Shown here: positions 51,399 to 60,933 of the stretch, one piece after another | How positions within the stretch are numbered: position 1 is the stretch's first letter | Layout of the letters: each line of letters opens with the position of its first letter | Virus record (IMG/VR): IMGVR_UViG_3300008453_000627 | DNA from: a virus | Length of the DNA: 64,000 bases | Direction: 5' to 3' (one strand) | Translations under genes and position numbers: made by a program | The notes under the pieces: model-generated | Seen by the model: only the letters and a program-made list of their open reading frames with translations | Databases searched by the model: none | What the model was told of the DNA's origin: nothing

Positions 51399-52827
51399 GA
51401 TTGTTCAACAAGCTACGCAGTTTTGAACTGCCCACTTCTGCTCGAGGTTTAGCTAGATCAAATCCTTCTTTGGGACTGGCACGTTCCCAACTGGCTGTTG
51501 GTTCTGTAGTCACTGTTGAGCTACGCTGTAAACTGTTCAGTATGGCTGAACTCTTTTGCGTTACCATTGGTGTGCTGTCATCGCTTTGTTCTTCACTGTT
51601 GGTAATACGCAGTGTGTCAATGTCAAAGTCCAGATCAATTTTCTGTCCAACACCGCTTGAACTACGAGTTTTCATCAGCTGTATTTGATACTTGCCTCGC
51701 TCACGCATAGCACGGCTGGTAAAGATACCAAATACGTTGTCAGCAGTTTGAATCTTACTAAGTCCGCCACTAATGTGACTGTGATCAAATTCAACTTCTT
51801 CTACAGCACCCCTGTTAAGCTGTGCCGCTGTGACAAATACACACTGCTTTTCCATTGCTAGATTACGCAGTTCTTCACTCACATACTTGTCTTTAATAAA
51901 CAAGTTTTCTGCTGAAATTTTCTGTCCTGCGGGCATGAGCAAGTCCAAATAGTCGACTAATAATACGTCACAACGCTTGCCCGTTTTAACTTCATACTCT
52001 TTCAAGTAAGCACGAACATCGTTGGCAGTTTTACCCGAGGGCATATATTTGATTTGAAATGATCCTGACTTCTTGCCAATGATGCGAACCTTCATTTCAA
52101 CTTCATCAATTTGTTTAAACACTTCTCTAGTTGAAATACCAGTGACCATTGAGTCTACACGCATTGAAACTAACTCTTCCGAAAGTTCCAGTGTTAGATA
52201 GATAACATTCATACCTGCTAGTGCATAGTTAACACCTAGGTTGGCCAGGAACAAGCTTTTACCTGCACCCGATCCGCCAGCAAAGATGTTAAGTTCACCT
52301 CTGTTGAATCCGCCAAACAGTTTCTGATCTAGGGCGGCCCAGCCAGTGCTCATCTGTCCGTTTTTGTCTTTGATCTTCATCAGTCGAGCACGGGGATCAG
52401 CAAAGTAATCAGTGCCCATGTCTTTTTGCAGGCCCACTTGCACAGCCTTTTTAACTAGATCTTCTACTGAACCGTATTCGCCCTTTTCCAACATGTCAGC
52501 GGCTTTGAGAATGGCTTTCTCTAGGCCTTTGTGACGGATAAATGTTTCAAAGTCTGTGAGCAGCCAATCATAATGTGCTTCAGTTAGTCCCGGAGGAATT
52601 TCAAATGCATTACTAGTGGCTGCATTGATAATTTCTACTGTGGGTATAACTGAATGCTCGTCAACATAGTCTTTTAAAAACTTGGCTGCTGGTTGTAGTT
52701 TACGATCAAATAGTGCGTCATCCCAAATGCCTTGGCAGCGAACAAATGTTTCTGCATCTCCCAGCATCATCTCCAAATAGAGTTTTTGTATTTCGAATCC
52801 GTAGTCTGCGTTTTGTCTTGTGGTCAT
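51379..52827 (-). CDS. 41: DnaB-family replicative helicase (T4 gp41-like)
   Basis: 482 aa; GWAALDQKLFGGFNRGELNIFAGGSGAGKSLFLANL Walker A and RecA-like core; adjacent to primase as in T4. Confidence 0.8.
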   Translation of the reverse strand: MTTRQNADYGFEIQKLYLEMMLGDAETFVRCQGIWDDALFDRKLQPAAKFLKDYVDEHSVIPTVEIINAATSNAFEIPPGLTEAHYDWLLTDFETFIRHKGLEKAILKAADMLEKGEYGSVEDLVKKAVQVGLQKDMGTDYFADPRARLMKIKDKNGQMSTGWAALDQKLFGGFNRGELNIFAGGSGAGKSLFLANLGVNYALAGMNVIYLTLELSEELVSMRVDSMVTGISTREVFKQIDEVEMKVRIIGKKSGSFQIKYMPSGKTANDVRAYLKEYEVKTGKRCDVLLVDYLDLLMPAGQKISAENLFIKDKYVSEELRNLAMEKQCVFVTAAQLNRGAVEEVEFDHSHISGGLSKIQTADNVFGIFTSRAMRERGKYQIQLMKTRSSSGVGQKIDLDFDIDTLRITNSEEQSDDSTPMVTQKSSAILNSLQRSSTVTTEPTASWERASPKEGFDLAKPRAEVGSSKLRSLLNNLNTDDL

Positions 52828-52842
52828 TGTTTATTATACACT

Positions 52843-54312
52843 TTATGTAAACACTTTAACACCGTAATGGCTCTCAAAGTTTCGAGCATCCGAAACATCA
52901 TTAACCATGGGCTTGCCCTTGATATTTAGGCTAGTGTTCAACAATATAGGACAACCCGATGCTGCATACCATTGTTCTAACAACTGTCTTATTCTACTGC
53001 CGTCTGCCGGTACAGTCTGTACACGACTAGTGTTGTCCCTATGCACGATAGCAGGAAATAACTGAGGATGAATACAACGACTGATGAACTGCATATGCCT
53101 ATTGTCACTGCTAGCACCAGGGAGATCAAAGTATTGATCAGCCAACTCCTCCAAAACCATTGGCGCAAAAGGTCTGAATTCTTGTCTACGTTTGATTGCA
53201 TTTACTGTGTCCTTAATATCAGGTCCTCGGGGATCTGCTAGTAAACTACGATTGCCCAGGGCACGAGGACCAAATTCTGCGCGGCCTTGAGCAACTCCGC
53301 ACATCTTATCTTTGAGCAAATGTTCTAAAATTGCTTCAGTTGATTGAGTTGGTTCTATATTGTAACCTAGGCTACAAGTTTCCCAGCCGATGTGTTCTTT
53401 GTTTCTTGCTAGAACTGCACCTATAGCTGAACCTGCATCTCCGGGATTAGGCATAATCCAAACGTTTTTAAAGTATTTGTAAGCAATAGGGTTAGCTAGG
53501 CAATTAAGAGCACAGCCTCCCATTAGCACTAGATTATCACTAGGAACAAAACTTTTTGCTGACTGTAATATCTTTTCAAACTGTGTTTCGTAGATAGCCT
53601 GAGTAGCTGCTGCAATATCAAACGTGTCATTAACAGTAAGATCAGGCGCCCAATCTAAGCAACCGCGGTGTAGATTCTTTTTAAAACTAACTAAAGTTTC
53701 TCCATCTTTTTCAAAGAAATCTTCCAGTATTCTGTTGTACAGTCGTTTAGGATTTCCGTAAGCAGCCATACCCATAAGAATGTATTCTTCTTCGTTAGGT
53801 TTTAAATTGCATCTTTGTGTCATTGCTGAATACCAAAGACCTAGGCTATCCGGATATGTTTGCTTATATACTTGCTTTAGTCCTTTTTCACCGCCATGCC
53901 ACATTGTTAGAGTTTCAAACTCACCAATTGCATCTATGACTACTACCGCAGCTTCTTTGAACGGGCCTGTATAAAAACCTGCGGCTGCATGACTTTCATG
54001 ATGCCATTGAGTATAGATAGGAGCACTAATACCATAATTGTTCAAATATCGTTTGATATTATTGCTTTTATGATTTAGACCTTGTCCAGCAGTAAATTGC
54101 CTTAGAGTTTTTGCCCAAGGCTTTTCATACCATACAACTTCTTTAGGATAGCCGTAATGGCTGGCAGCATACTGAACTAGACTGTCGCAAAGATCTGCAT
54201 CGTTCTTTTTTCCGCTGAATCGCTCACTGTGACTAGCGAACAATAACTTGTTGTCATCAAATACAGCCAATGCTGCATCATGACTATTTGCTGATATTCC
54301 CCAGGTAATCAT
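52843..54312 (-). CDS. NodU/CmcH-family carbamoyltransferase
   Basis: N-terminus MITWGISANSHDAALAVFDDNKLLFASHSERFSGKKNDADL is the carbamoyltransferase signature; 489 aa. Confidence 0.8.
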   Translation of the reverse strand: MITWGISANSHDAALAVFDDNKLLFASHSERFSGKKNDADLCDSLVQYAASHYGYPKEVVWYEKPWAKTLRQFTAGQGLNHKSNNIKRYLNNYGISAPIYTQWHHESHAAAGFYTGPFKEAAVVVIDAIGEFETLTMWHGGEKGLKQVYKQTYPDSLGLWYSAMTQRCNLKPNEEEYILMGMAAYGNPKRLYNRILEDFFEKDGETLVSFKKNLHRGCLDWAPDLTVNDTFDIAAATQAIYETQFEKILQSAKSFVPSDNLVLMGGCALNCLANPIAYKYFKNVWIMPNPGDAGSAIGAVLARNKEHIGWETCSLGYNIEPTQSTEAILEHLLKDKMCGVAQGRAEFGPRALGNRSLLADPRGPDIKDTVNAIKRRQEFRPFAPMVLEELADQYFDLPGASSDNRHMQFISRCIHPQLFPAIVHRDNTSRVQTVPADGSRIRQLLEQWYAASGCPILLNTSLNIKGKPMVNDVSDARNFESHYGVKVFT

Positions 54313-54491
54313 TTGTAAATAAAAGGATCTCGTTTACGTAGTTCTGCTATACGTTTTTTAAATGCTTGATGTTCTTTGTAAGAACGAATAGGGTGCATAA
54401 CCCATCTTAATAAACTTCTTAATGTATCCATTTTTTCATCCTCAGTTGTATTTTTAAAGGCATTGATTCTTTTGCCTTTAGCACTGACCAT
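54309..54491 (-). CDS. small hypothetical protein
   Basis: 60 aa; overlaps the primase gene end, start uncertain. Confidence 0.3.
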   Translation of the reverse strand: MVSAKGKRINAFKNTTEDEKMDTLRSLLRWVMHPIRSYKEHQAFKKRIAELRKRDPFIYK

Positions 54492-55399
54492 AGCGCATAG
54501 AGTTTTCCATATCGCTTGGTTGCGTCATTTAAGTCTTTAATATCGTCATCCCAATCGGGCATACTAACTGACCAACCCCATTCTAATGCCTGCTCAATCA
54601 TTTTAATTCCAGGTTGATCTTTGTCCGGGATTACAATAACTTCTTTCTGCAATCTACTTATCAAATGTTTTTGTTGAGGTCCAATTTCATTGCTCATAAC
54701 TGCTACACCGTCAACGCATATAGCATCTAGAGGACCTTCTGTTACCAACACAAAGTTTCTATCCCATGTTTGATTGTCTAGATTAAACACATAACCTGGC
54801 TGTTGTTCGCTAATGTATTTGATTGTCTTGCGATTTCTAATCAAACGTGCAGTGTATCCTACTAGTCTCTTTTGATAGTAAAATGGCACAATTAATCTAT
54901 CATTAAATCCAACTTCATCAGTCCAATGCCAATCGTAATCGTCAACTGTATATCCGCGGCCAATAAGATATTCTAATACTGGAATAAGTTCTTCAGGCGG
55001 ATCAACAAGCCATTCTTTAATGGGTTTAGTGCCCATTGGCAATGCTTTGTCAAAGAACACTGGAGTTAATAATTGGTGTTCTGCAGGATTAACTTCGTCT
55101 TTTAATCTAAGTGCTTCAAATGAACATTTAGTAATTAAGTCATCCGGAACACTCATCCAGTTTAATAGTTTTTTAAACTTGACTGTAAGCGGCCTACCAG
55201 GTTGCCAACTGGCTTTGAATCCGCAGTTGAAACAGTGATAGGTAACACCTTCAGTAAACATAACGCCGCCGCGTTGACGTCTGTCTTGTTTGTCGCCATT
55301 ATGATGACAGCAAACGGCATTGAAGCTTATCCAACTGCTAGGAGTAGCTTTTCTTTTAGGAGGTAGATATGCCTGTACTGTTTCTATAATAACACTCAT
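54419..55399 (-). CDS. 61: DNA primase (T4 gp61-like; Zn-ribbon + TOPRIM)
   Basis: CCHHNGDKQ…CFNCGFKA zinc ribbon; TOPRIM VLVTEGPLDAICVDG…IPDKD. Confidence 0.8.
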   Translation of the reverse strand: MSVIIETVQAYLPPKRKATPSSWISFNAVCCHHNGDKQDRRQRGGVMFTEGVTYHCFNCGFKASWQPGRPLTVKFKKLLNWMSVPDDLITKCSFEALRLKDEVNPAEHQLLTPVFFDKALPMGTKPIKEWLVDPPEELIPVLEYLIGRGYTVDDYDWHWTDEVGFNDRLIVPFYYQKRLVGYTARLIRNRKTIKYISEQQPGYVFNLDNQTWDRNFVLVTEGPLDAICVDGVAVMSNEIGPQQKHLISRLQKEVIVIPDKDQPGIKMIEQALEWGWSVSMPDWDDDIKDLNDATKRYGKLYALWSVLKAKESMPLKIQLRMKKWIH

Positions 55400-55408
55400 A
55401 AAAACATT

Positions 55409-56233
55409 TTACAGTGTTATAGCTACTCTGTCAATCTTTCCGGTGTTATTGCTTATTGGAGTAAAGTAAACTCTAGCCCATGTTAGTTCTCTATTATATC
55501 CATTTATTGGAGTATAAGTTTTAGTTAGATTTGATGTGCTAGTTGTCACACTAAAAGTCTCAATGGTGGTCCAGTTAGTAGCCGAATTGATAACAGGATC
55601 TTTGGTAAACTGTACAACAACTTCTCCTGCTAGCCCAGTAAGACTAAAGTTAAAAGTAACAGAATCGTTGGCTGATTCTGTTATAAAATTTGGTTGATTA
55701 ATTTCTACAGCGTCACTATAGTGTCTAATGATGTATGGAGGTAATCCTATTACTGTAGGATCAGTAACTGCAATAAAGTTTGTTATATATCTAGTTGGTG
55801 TTGGAACATCCATAATAGTGCCAACTAGTTCCATATTACCTTTTGCACCAAAGTGTGCGTCTGCGTATAATATAGTTTTAGTCTCATCTTCGTTTAGTCT
55901 ATAGATACTAAACTGCAAGAACTGAGGAGTTAGTTCTGTTAGGTCTGCTTCGGCAATAGTTGCTGTAGCCAGTCCTGTTGTAGCAGATGGAGTTACTGCA
56001 ACATCAGAAATTAACAAACCGTTAGTGTCAGTAACGATCATATGTAAATCCATTTCACTAATGTCAATACGTTTTTGATCTGAATTTTTAACATCAATAG
56101 TTAGAACGTTATCAACGCCCTGATAAATTTTTACTCGATTTTGATACACAATGTTCCACCTTGTAGAGAATAAAGCCAAATCAGCAACTACATTAATTCG
56201 ATTTGGATATAAATAACTTGAAATTTTTTGCAT
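55409..56233 (-). CDS. hypothetical protein
   Basis: 274 aa. Confidence 0.5.
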   Translation of the reverse strand: MQKISSYLYPNRINVVADLALFSTRWNIVYQNRVKIYQGVDNVLTIDVKNSDQKRIDISEMDLHMIVTDTNGLLISDVAVTPSATTGLATATIAEADLTELTPQFLQFSIYRLNEDETKTILYADAHFGAKGNMELVGTIMDVPTPTRYITNFIAVTDPTVIGLPPYIIRHYSDAVEINQPNFITESANDSVTFNFSLTGLAGEVVVQFTKDPVINSATNWTTIETFSVTTSTSNLTKTYTPINGYNRELTWARVYFTPISNNTGKIDRVAITL

Positions 56234-56261
56234 TTGAATTGGAGCCCTTGTATATATTTAT

Positions 56262-56639
56262 ATGGTAAAACTAAGAGACAACATAGAAGAACAGTTCCCC
56301 TTTATTAGTGTTTTAAACTATGGAGAGGATGAATATGTAGGTATAATAATAAATCAAGACCAGTATGTTACTAGCTTCTATGATTTAGAGTTAATAAAGA
56401 CCCAAGACCAGAAAACTAGTTTATTAGAACTTGGGGAAGTCTGGTGGTGGGAAAGTAACCGCCAAATACCTATTAATATATTCTTACGTAAAGAGGTTGA
56501 ACCCTTTAAATATTGCATCAAAACCTTTAACAGCAAAGATGTGCGTATTATTCTAGGGCCAGTAGTAAACCTAATGAATCTTACTCTCAAACGTATTAAA
56601 CGTAAGAGTGTACAGTTAGTTAGGCGCCCCCCACGCTAA
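56262..56639 (+). CDS. hypothetical protein
   Basis: 125 aa, isolated + strand ORF. Confidence 0.4.
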   Translation: MVKLRDNIEEQFPFISVLNYGEDEYVGIIINQDQYVTSFYDLELIKTQDQKTSLLELGEVWWWESNRQIPINIFLRKEVEPFKYCIKTFNSKDVRIILGPVVNLMNLTLKRIKRKSVQLVRRPPR

Positions 56640-57195
56640 TCTGTTCACAAATTAAATTTATCTGTACTACTACTGCCATTGCATAGGCTACTGCATGAGC
56701 CTTCTTAAAGTAGTACTCACCGTCCTCGGGCTTTGTCCATATCTCCGTCATCACCGTAGTCCAATCTTTCCCAATCAGATAACGTTTCGCGGGTCTTATC
56801 ATAGCTAGTACTGCCGCCAACTGTTCTACACTCTGAGGTTTCATTTCTCTGAGAATAGAACCATGTCCGTTGACGTGAAAGAGCAAGCTGTTGAAATTGT
56901 CGTCTAAAAGTAGATCCCATAACGGCTCCTGATTCATAAGATATTGTAAATGTTCTTCATTTCTAATATCTTTATAAATGTTAACATTTAAGAAATCAAT
57001 TTTAAAATAGCCTCTTTTTTCGGCTTCTTTATATTCTATACCAGCAAGGTTATTAATAGGATCGTAAGGAATACTTTGCAAGTAAATTCCTGTATTATGA
57101 GAAATAAACTTGTCTTCTTCAATCCTACTGGCTTTTATGTGCTTAATAATACCAAGCACATGTGTTCTGTCTGGAAAGTCGATATCAATATCCAT
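56620..57195 (-). CDS. hypothetical protein
   Basis: 191 aa. Confidence 0.5.
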   Translation of the reverse strand: MDIDIDFPDRTHVLGIIKHIKASRIEEDKFISHNTGIYLQSIPYDPINNLAGIEYKEAEKRGYFKIDFLNVNIYKDIRNEEHLQYLMNQEPLWDLLLDDNFNSLLFHVNGHGSILREMKPQSVEQLAAVLAMIRPAKRYLIGKDWTTVMTEIWTKPEDGEYYFKKAHAVAYAMAVVVQINLICEQISVGGA

Positions 57196-57902
57196 TATAA
57201 CCCTATTTCTGCAACAATGAATTTTATTAGTGAAATATCTTCTTTATTTTTCTTAAACTTTTTAATCCATACTTCCGGATTGATTGCACTTGCAATAGCA
57301 TTAAGTTGTGTATCATCCATATTGTCTAACAGGATTCTTCCAGACTTACAATTTAATAATAGCCATGGACTAATTTTTCCGTCTTTAATATCAAACATTG
57401 CTCTGCTTGTGCTTACTTTTAAAAAGTATTCACTCCATATAGTTTCAACAGCTTGTTCTTTAGACCATGCAACCATATGTTTAATACTTCTATCTAGTGC
57501 AACATCGGCAGGTTCTGTGTGAATTAATTCTAATGCATATTTTTCATACAGGGCATCTCTGCACCAATGATCTAATTTGACACCACTTCGAATTACCCAG
57601 TCAATATAGTGATCTGGATATAAAGGATTTACATTACTTACATAACTGCCAAACTTAACAAAGGCGTTATAGTAGGGACTTTTAGCAAACTCTGCATACG
57701 TCTTATCACCCTTTGACTGTTGACTCATCTTAAAGAATCGGTTAAAGGCATCATATCCTATACGCACTGCCTTGTCGTCTTTTTGTAAATGTCTACGCTT
57801 TTGTTCGCACACGTGAGTAACTAAGGTACTTTCTTTTGTGTACCCGTGTCCACAATATTGACAGATATACGGCTTAGTTTTATTCACTTTTAATTGTAAC
57901 AT
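57195..57902 (-). CDS. C2H2/C2HC zinc-finger protein
   Basis: YICQYCGHGYTKESTLVTHVC classic C2H2-type finger at the N-terminus. Confidence 0.55.
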   Translation of the reverse strand: MLQLKVNKTKPYICQYCGHGYTKESTLVTHVCEQKRRHLQKDDKAVRIGYDAFNRFFKMSQQSKGDKTYAEFAKSPYYNAFVKFGSYVSNVNPLYPDHYIDWVIRSGVKLDHWCRDALYEKYALELIHTEPADVALDRSIKHMVAWSKEQAVETIWSEYFLKVSTSRAMFDIKDGKISPWLLLNCKSGRILLDNMDDTQLNAIASAINPEVWIKKFKKNKEDISLIKFIVAEIGL

Positions 57903-58376
57903 TTAAAATAACTTGTCAATTTCTTTATCAGAATATCCATGTTGTTCGGCTAACGACTTGAGTTCTTTAAGAGTCATTATCTGGCTCAGCATCTCAAGTT
58001 CATCTTGTTTTCTATTAGGATAAACTGCTAACAAAAACTTTAGGCGTTTGGTATCGCCTTTCTTTTGTTTGAAACCTATCCATTGATGAAAGAAGATTTT
58101 CTTACTGTCATGACTACACATACACAGTAGTTGCCATAACAGCTTAGGATGTTTTTGCAGTGTGTTCCAGTGTTTGTTAAAGTACTCGTTCACAGCTAAA
58201 ACAAAGTGTTCTTGAACTTCTCTTTTTTGATTAGCCGCATTACTAACATAGCGATTAAGAATGAACAGTTCACTCTTTAGAGACTTTTGTTGATCAGCAT
58301 CTAACTCATTCCAGAGACTTTTTGCTCCTAGATCAACTGCTGCCAATTTGTCTTTTAATTCAATCTTCTCGCTCAT
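57903..58376 (-). CDS. hypothetical protein
   Basis: 157 aa. Confidence 0.5.
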   Translation of the reverse strand: MSEKIELKDKLAAVDLGAKSLWNELDADQQKSLKSELFILNRYVSNAANQKREVQEHFVLAVNEYFNKHWNTLQKHPKLLWQLLCMCSHDSKKIFFHQWIGFKQKKGDTKRLKFLLAVYPNRKQDELEMLSQIMTLKELKSLAEQHGYSDKEIDKLF

Positions 58377-58665
58377 CTTCGATCTCTGTTGGTGGTAATA
58401 TACCGTTACTACGTTTGTCTCTATGTGCCTCTACATCTTGAAACAGTCTTTGTTCTTGCACTGTTTCTTCGCCAAAAAACTTACGTGGGTTGCCGCACAT
58501 AACACAGTTAGAGTCGCCGCAAGTAGTTGCATGTACTTTGGCTAATCTGTGTTCTGGACCAGTTGGAAAGCCGTGAGCTTTAGCAATCTTGCTTTGTTTC
58601 TTTACAGCATTTTCGTCTTTGAGCAAACGCTTTGAATGCTTGAATCGATCTTCTTCTGTACTCAT
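58360..58665 (-). CDS. hypothetical Cys-rich protein
   Basis: HATTCGDSNCVMCGNP possible Zn-binding. Confidence 0.45.
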   Translation of the reverse strand: MSTEEDRFKHSKRLLKDENAVKKQSKIAKAHGFPTGPEHRLAKVHATTCGDSNCVMCGNPRKFFGEETVQEQRLFQDVEAHRDKRSNGILPPTEIEDERED

Positions 58666-58928
58666 TCTGGATTATCCTTTGATAGTCTGTATATCATTAT
58701 AGCACGATCTAATGCCTTTTGTAAAGCAGGATTGGTAGGAGCAGCACGGTGAATTTCACCCCATAGCTTACTGTCCATTAGATGATCATGTAACGGGCGT
58801 CCATCGCTTGTGCGAGGGTCAAACTCCCAGCCAACTGGGTGCCGATCAGTTTTGCCAAACTCTCTAGCATACGTCACACCATCGGCACGTTCGTATATGT
58901 AAGTAGCTCCAGGTTTTAATGATCCCAT
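58662..58928 (-). CDS. hypothetical protein
   Basis: 88 aa. Confidence 0.5.
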   Translation of the reverse strand: MGSLKPGATYIYERADGVTYAREFGKTDRHPVGWEFDPRTSDGRPLHDHLMDSKLWGEIHRAAPTNPALQKALDRAIMIYRLSKDNPE

Positions 58929-59434
58929 TATAATAATTTATCTAATTGAATGACTTCTTGCTGACGTGAAATTTCTTTGACAAAATAACAACACAATGCT
59001 TTAGGTTCAGTTCCTAATGGCACTGCGAGTAATTGTCCGTTTTTCATTTTAGGAAAGTACCATTTGACATCGTTATAAAAATTAACAATTTCAATTTTCT
59101 TAAATTCTAATCTAAAACTGCTTAATGGATTAAAACAAAATGCATCGAATCCTCTATCATTTAAACTGGTCAACGGAAGTATTTCAATATCACAGTTGCT
59201 TTGATTGTCTCCGATGGCAATGCTCCAATCTAACGGCATAGCAATTTCTTGATCTCCTATTTTTAATACCATTGCTGGGCTATTAAAGCTTTCAAGAAAA
59301 ATTAAAGGCTGAAAGAAAAAGTCAGGTTCTTGAGGGTTGCTGTTGTCTAATACAGCGAATCTCATACTGTCATCTACCTCTTCGGGTAAATTATTTAAAT
59401 CAAAGGGTATGTTGTCTAGGGTTAATATTTGCAT
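58928..59434 (-). CDS. hypothetical protein
   Basis: 168 aa. Confidence 0.5.
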   Translation of the reverse strand: MQILTLDNIPFDLNNLPEEVDDSMRFAVLDNSNPQEPDFFFQPLIFLESFNSPAMVLKIGDQEIAMPLDWSIAIGDNQSNCDIEILPLTSLNDRGFDAFCFNPLSSFRLEFKKIEIVNFYNDVKWYFPKMKNGQLLAVPLGTEPKALCCYFVKEISRQQEVIQLDKLL

Positions 59435-59475
59435 AGTTGTTATAATACAACACTTTTAAGGAAGTGTCAACCTTT

Positions 59476-60933
59476 TTACCATTTAATCTTTTCAAGAGTA
59501 AACGGATACTTTGCATCTTTATAGAATTTTTTACGTTCTGTCAAATGTCTTTTTGCATACTTGCAAGTTGATGTGATATCCCATACTTGCACGAAATCTT
59601 TATCGTCTGCCTTTCTTATGCCGCGGCCAATGCTTTGGATAACTCTAACAAACGACTTGCCAGGTTCCAACAGAACCAAGTTAAAGATCCTAGGAATATT
59701 AATACCAACAGCCGCGACACCATAGGTCGCGATAATAATTTTGTTCGTACTTGTTCTAACTTCGTCATATTCTTCCTTGCGGTCTTTTGTCTTAACTTCA
59801 CCAGATATAAAAACACTGTCAGGCAATTCATTAACAAAAAATTTACCTGAGTCAATTCTATTAACAAGAACTAATGTGTTTCCTGTTTGTGAAATAGTTT
59901 TGACTAAGTTACTTAGATATCTCATACGGTCTTCGTCTGTAACTAGATATTTGTTTTCGTCTGCATAGCTTTTAAATTCAGGTATATCTACTAACTGTAA
60001 AACATTAACGTGACAGCTAGCAAGCACTCCTGCTTCTTGTAGTTCATGTGCCTTGACGCTGCCTAGCACTGGTCCTATGCTGGCAAAAATACTTTCAAAT
60101 TCTGCAGGGTCTTTAGGCACAGTGCCAGTTAATCCCCATCGAATACAAGAATTATGTACGTTCTGTGTAAGTAAGTTTTTAAGCACATCAGCCTTGGCCA
60201 TGTGTACTTCATCTACCATTACAGTTCTTACATCTTCTAAGAATTCTGCTAAACTTAAAATATCTTGTTGATGATTTTTACTTTTCTTGTCAAGTATGTT
60301 TAAGCTTTGCCAAGTGCAAATTGTATGAGTTTTGTTAAGATCTTTTCGGTCACCATAATAAACTCCGACATCAAGTCCTACGTTGATAAAGTCTTCTTCT
60401 GTTTGTTCAACAAGACTTTTATTTGGAACAATAGTGATGGTTCTTCCGTAAGGCTCGCATAGTTTTGCCAATGTAGCAGTGGTAATAGTTTTACCAAAAC
60501 CAGTGGCAATTTCTTGAATACATTGCGGATTTTCTAAGAATGTGTTTATTACTGCTACTTGGTCTTCTCGCAGTCTAATTGGTTGACCTGCAAATCTATG
60601 TCCGCTAGGCCAACATTTATCTCCCCAAAAATCAACTTCAATTTTAGGAAATTGAATTTTTACAGGATGCCGATTATCTTCTATTTCTTCAATGTCAACA
60701 TTGCTATTTTCTAGAATTTCCAGTATACGAGGTAACTGACTTAGGTAACCGTTTCCGCCTAATCCAAATAAACTGACAGTGCCGTCCCATCTACCTAATC
60801 TATATGCAGGATGATACTTTGCATAGCCAACTTCATATTTGAACTCGTTAGCTAACTTCCTACGAATTTCTACAGGAAGGCCTTCAATTTTAATGTTTAC
60901 TTCATCTCTAATAATTAACTTACACGATTGCAT
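59476..60933 (-). CDS. SF2 DNA/RNA helicase (UvsW-like)
   Basis: 485 aa; motif I ATGFGKT, motif II MVDEVH, conserved helicase C-domain; size and context like T4 UvsW. Confidence 0.65.
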   Translation of the reverse strand: MQSCKLIIRDEVNIKIEGLPVEIRRKLANEFKYEVGYAKYHPAYRLGRWDGTVSLFGLGGNGYLSQLPRILEILENSNVDIEEIEDNRHPVKIQFPKIEVDFWGDKCWPSGHRFAGQPIRLREDQVAVINTFLENPQCIQEIATGFGKTITTATLAKLCEPYGRTITIVPNKSLVEQTEEDFINVGLDVGVYYGDRKDLNKTHTICTWQSLNILDKKSKNHQQDILSLAEFLEDVRTVMVDEVHMAKADVLKNLLTQNVHNSCIRWGLTGTVPKDPAEFESIFASIGPVLGSVKAHELQEAGVLASCHVNVLQLVDIPEFKSYADENKYLVTDEDRMRYLSNLVKTISQTGNTLVLVNRIDSGKFFVNELPDSVFISGEVKTKDRKEEYDEVRTSTNKIIIATYGVAAVGINIPRIFNLVLLEPGKSFVRVIQSIGRGIRKADDKDFVQVWDITSTCKYAKRHLTERKKFYKDAKYPFTLEKIKW

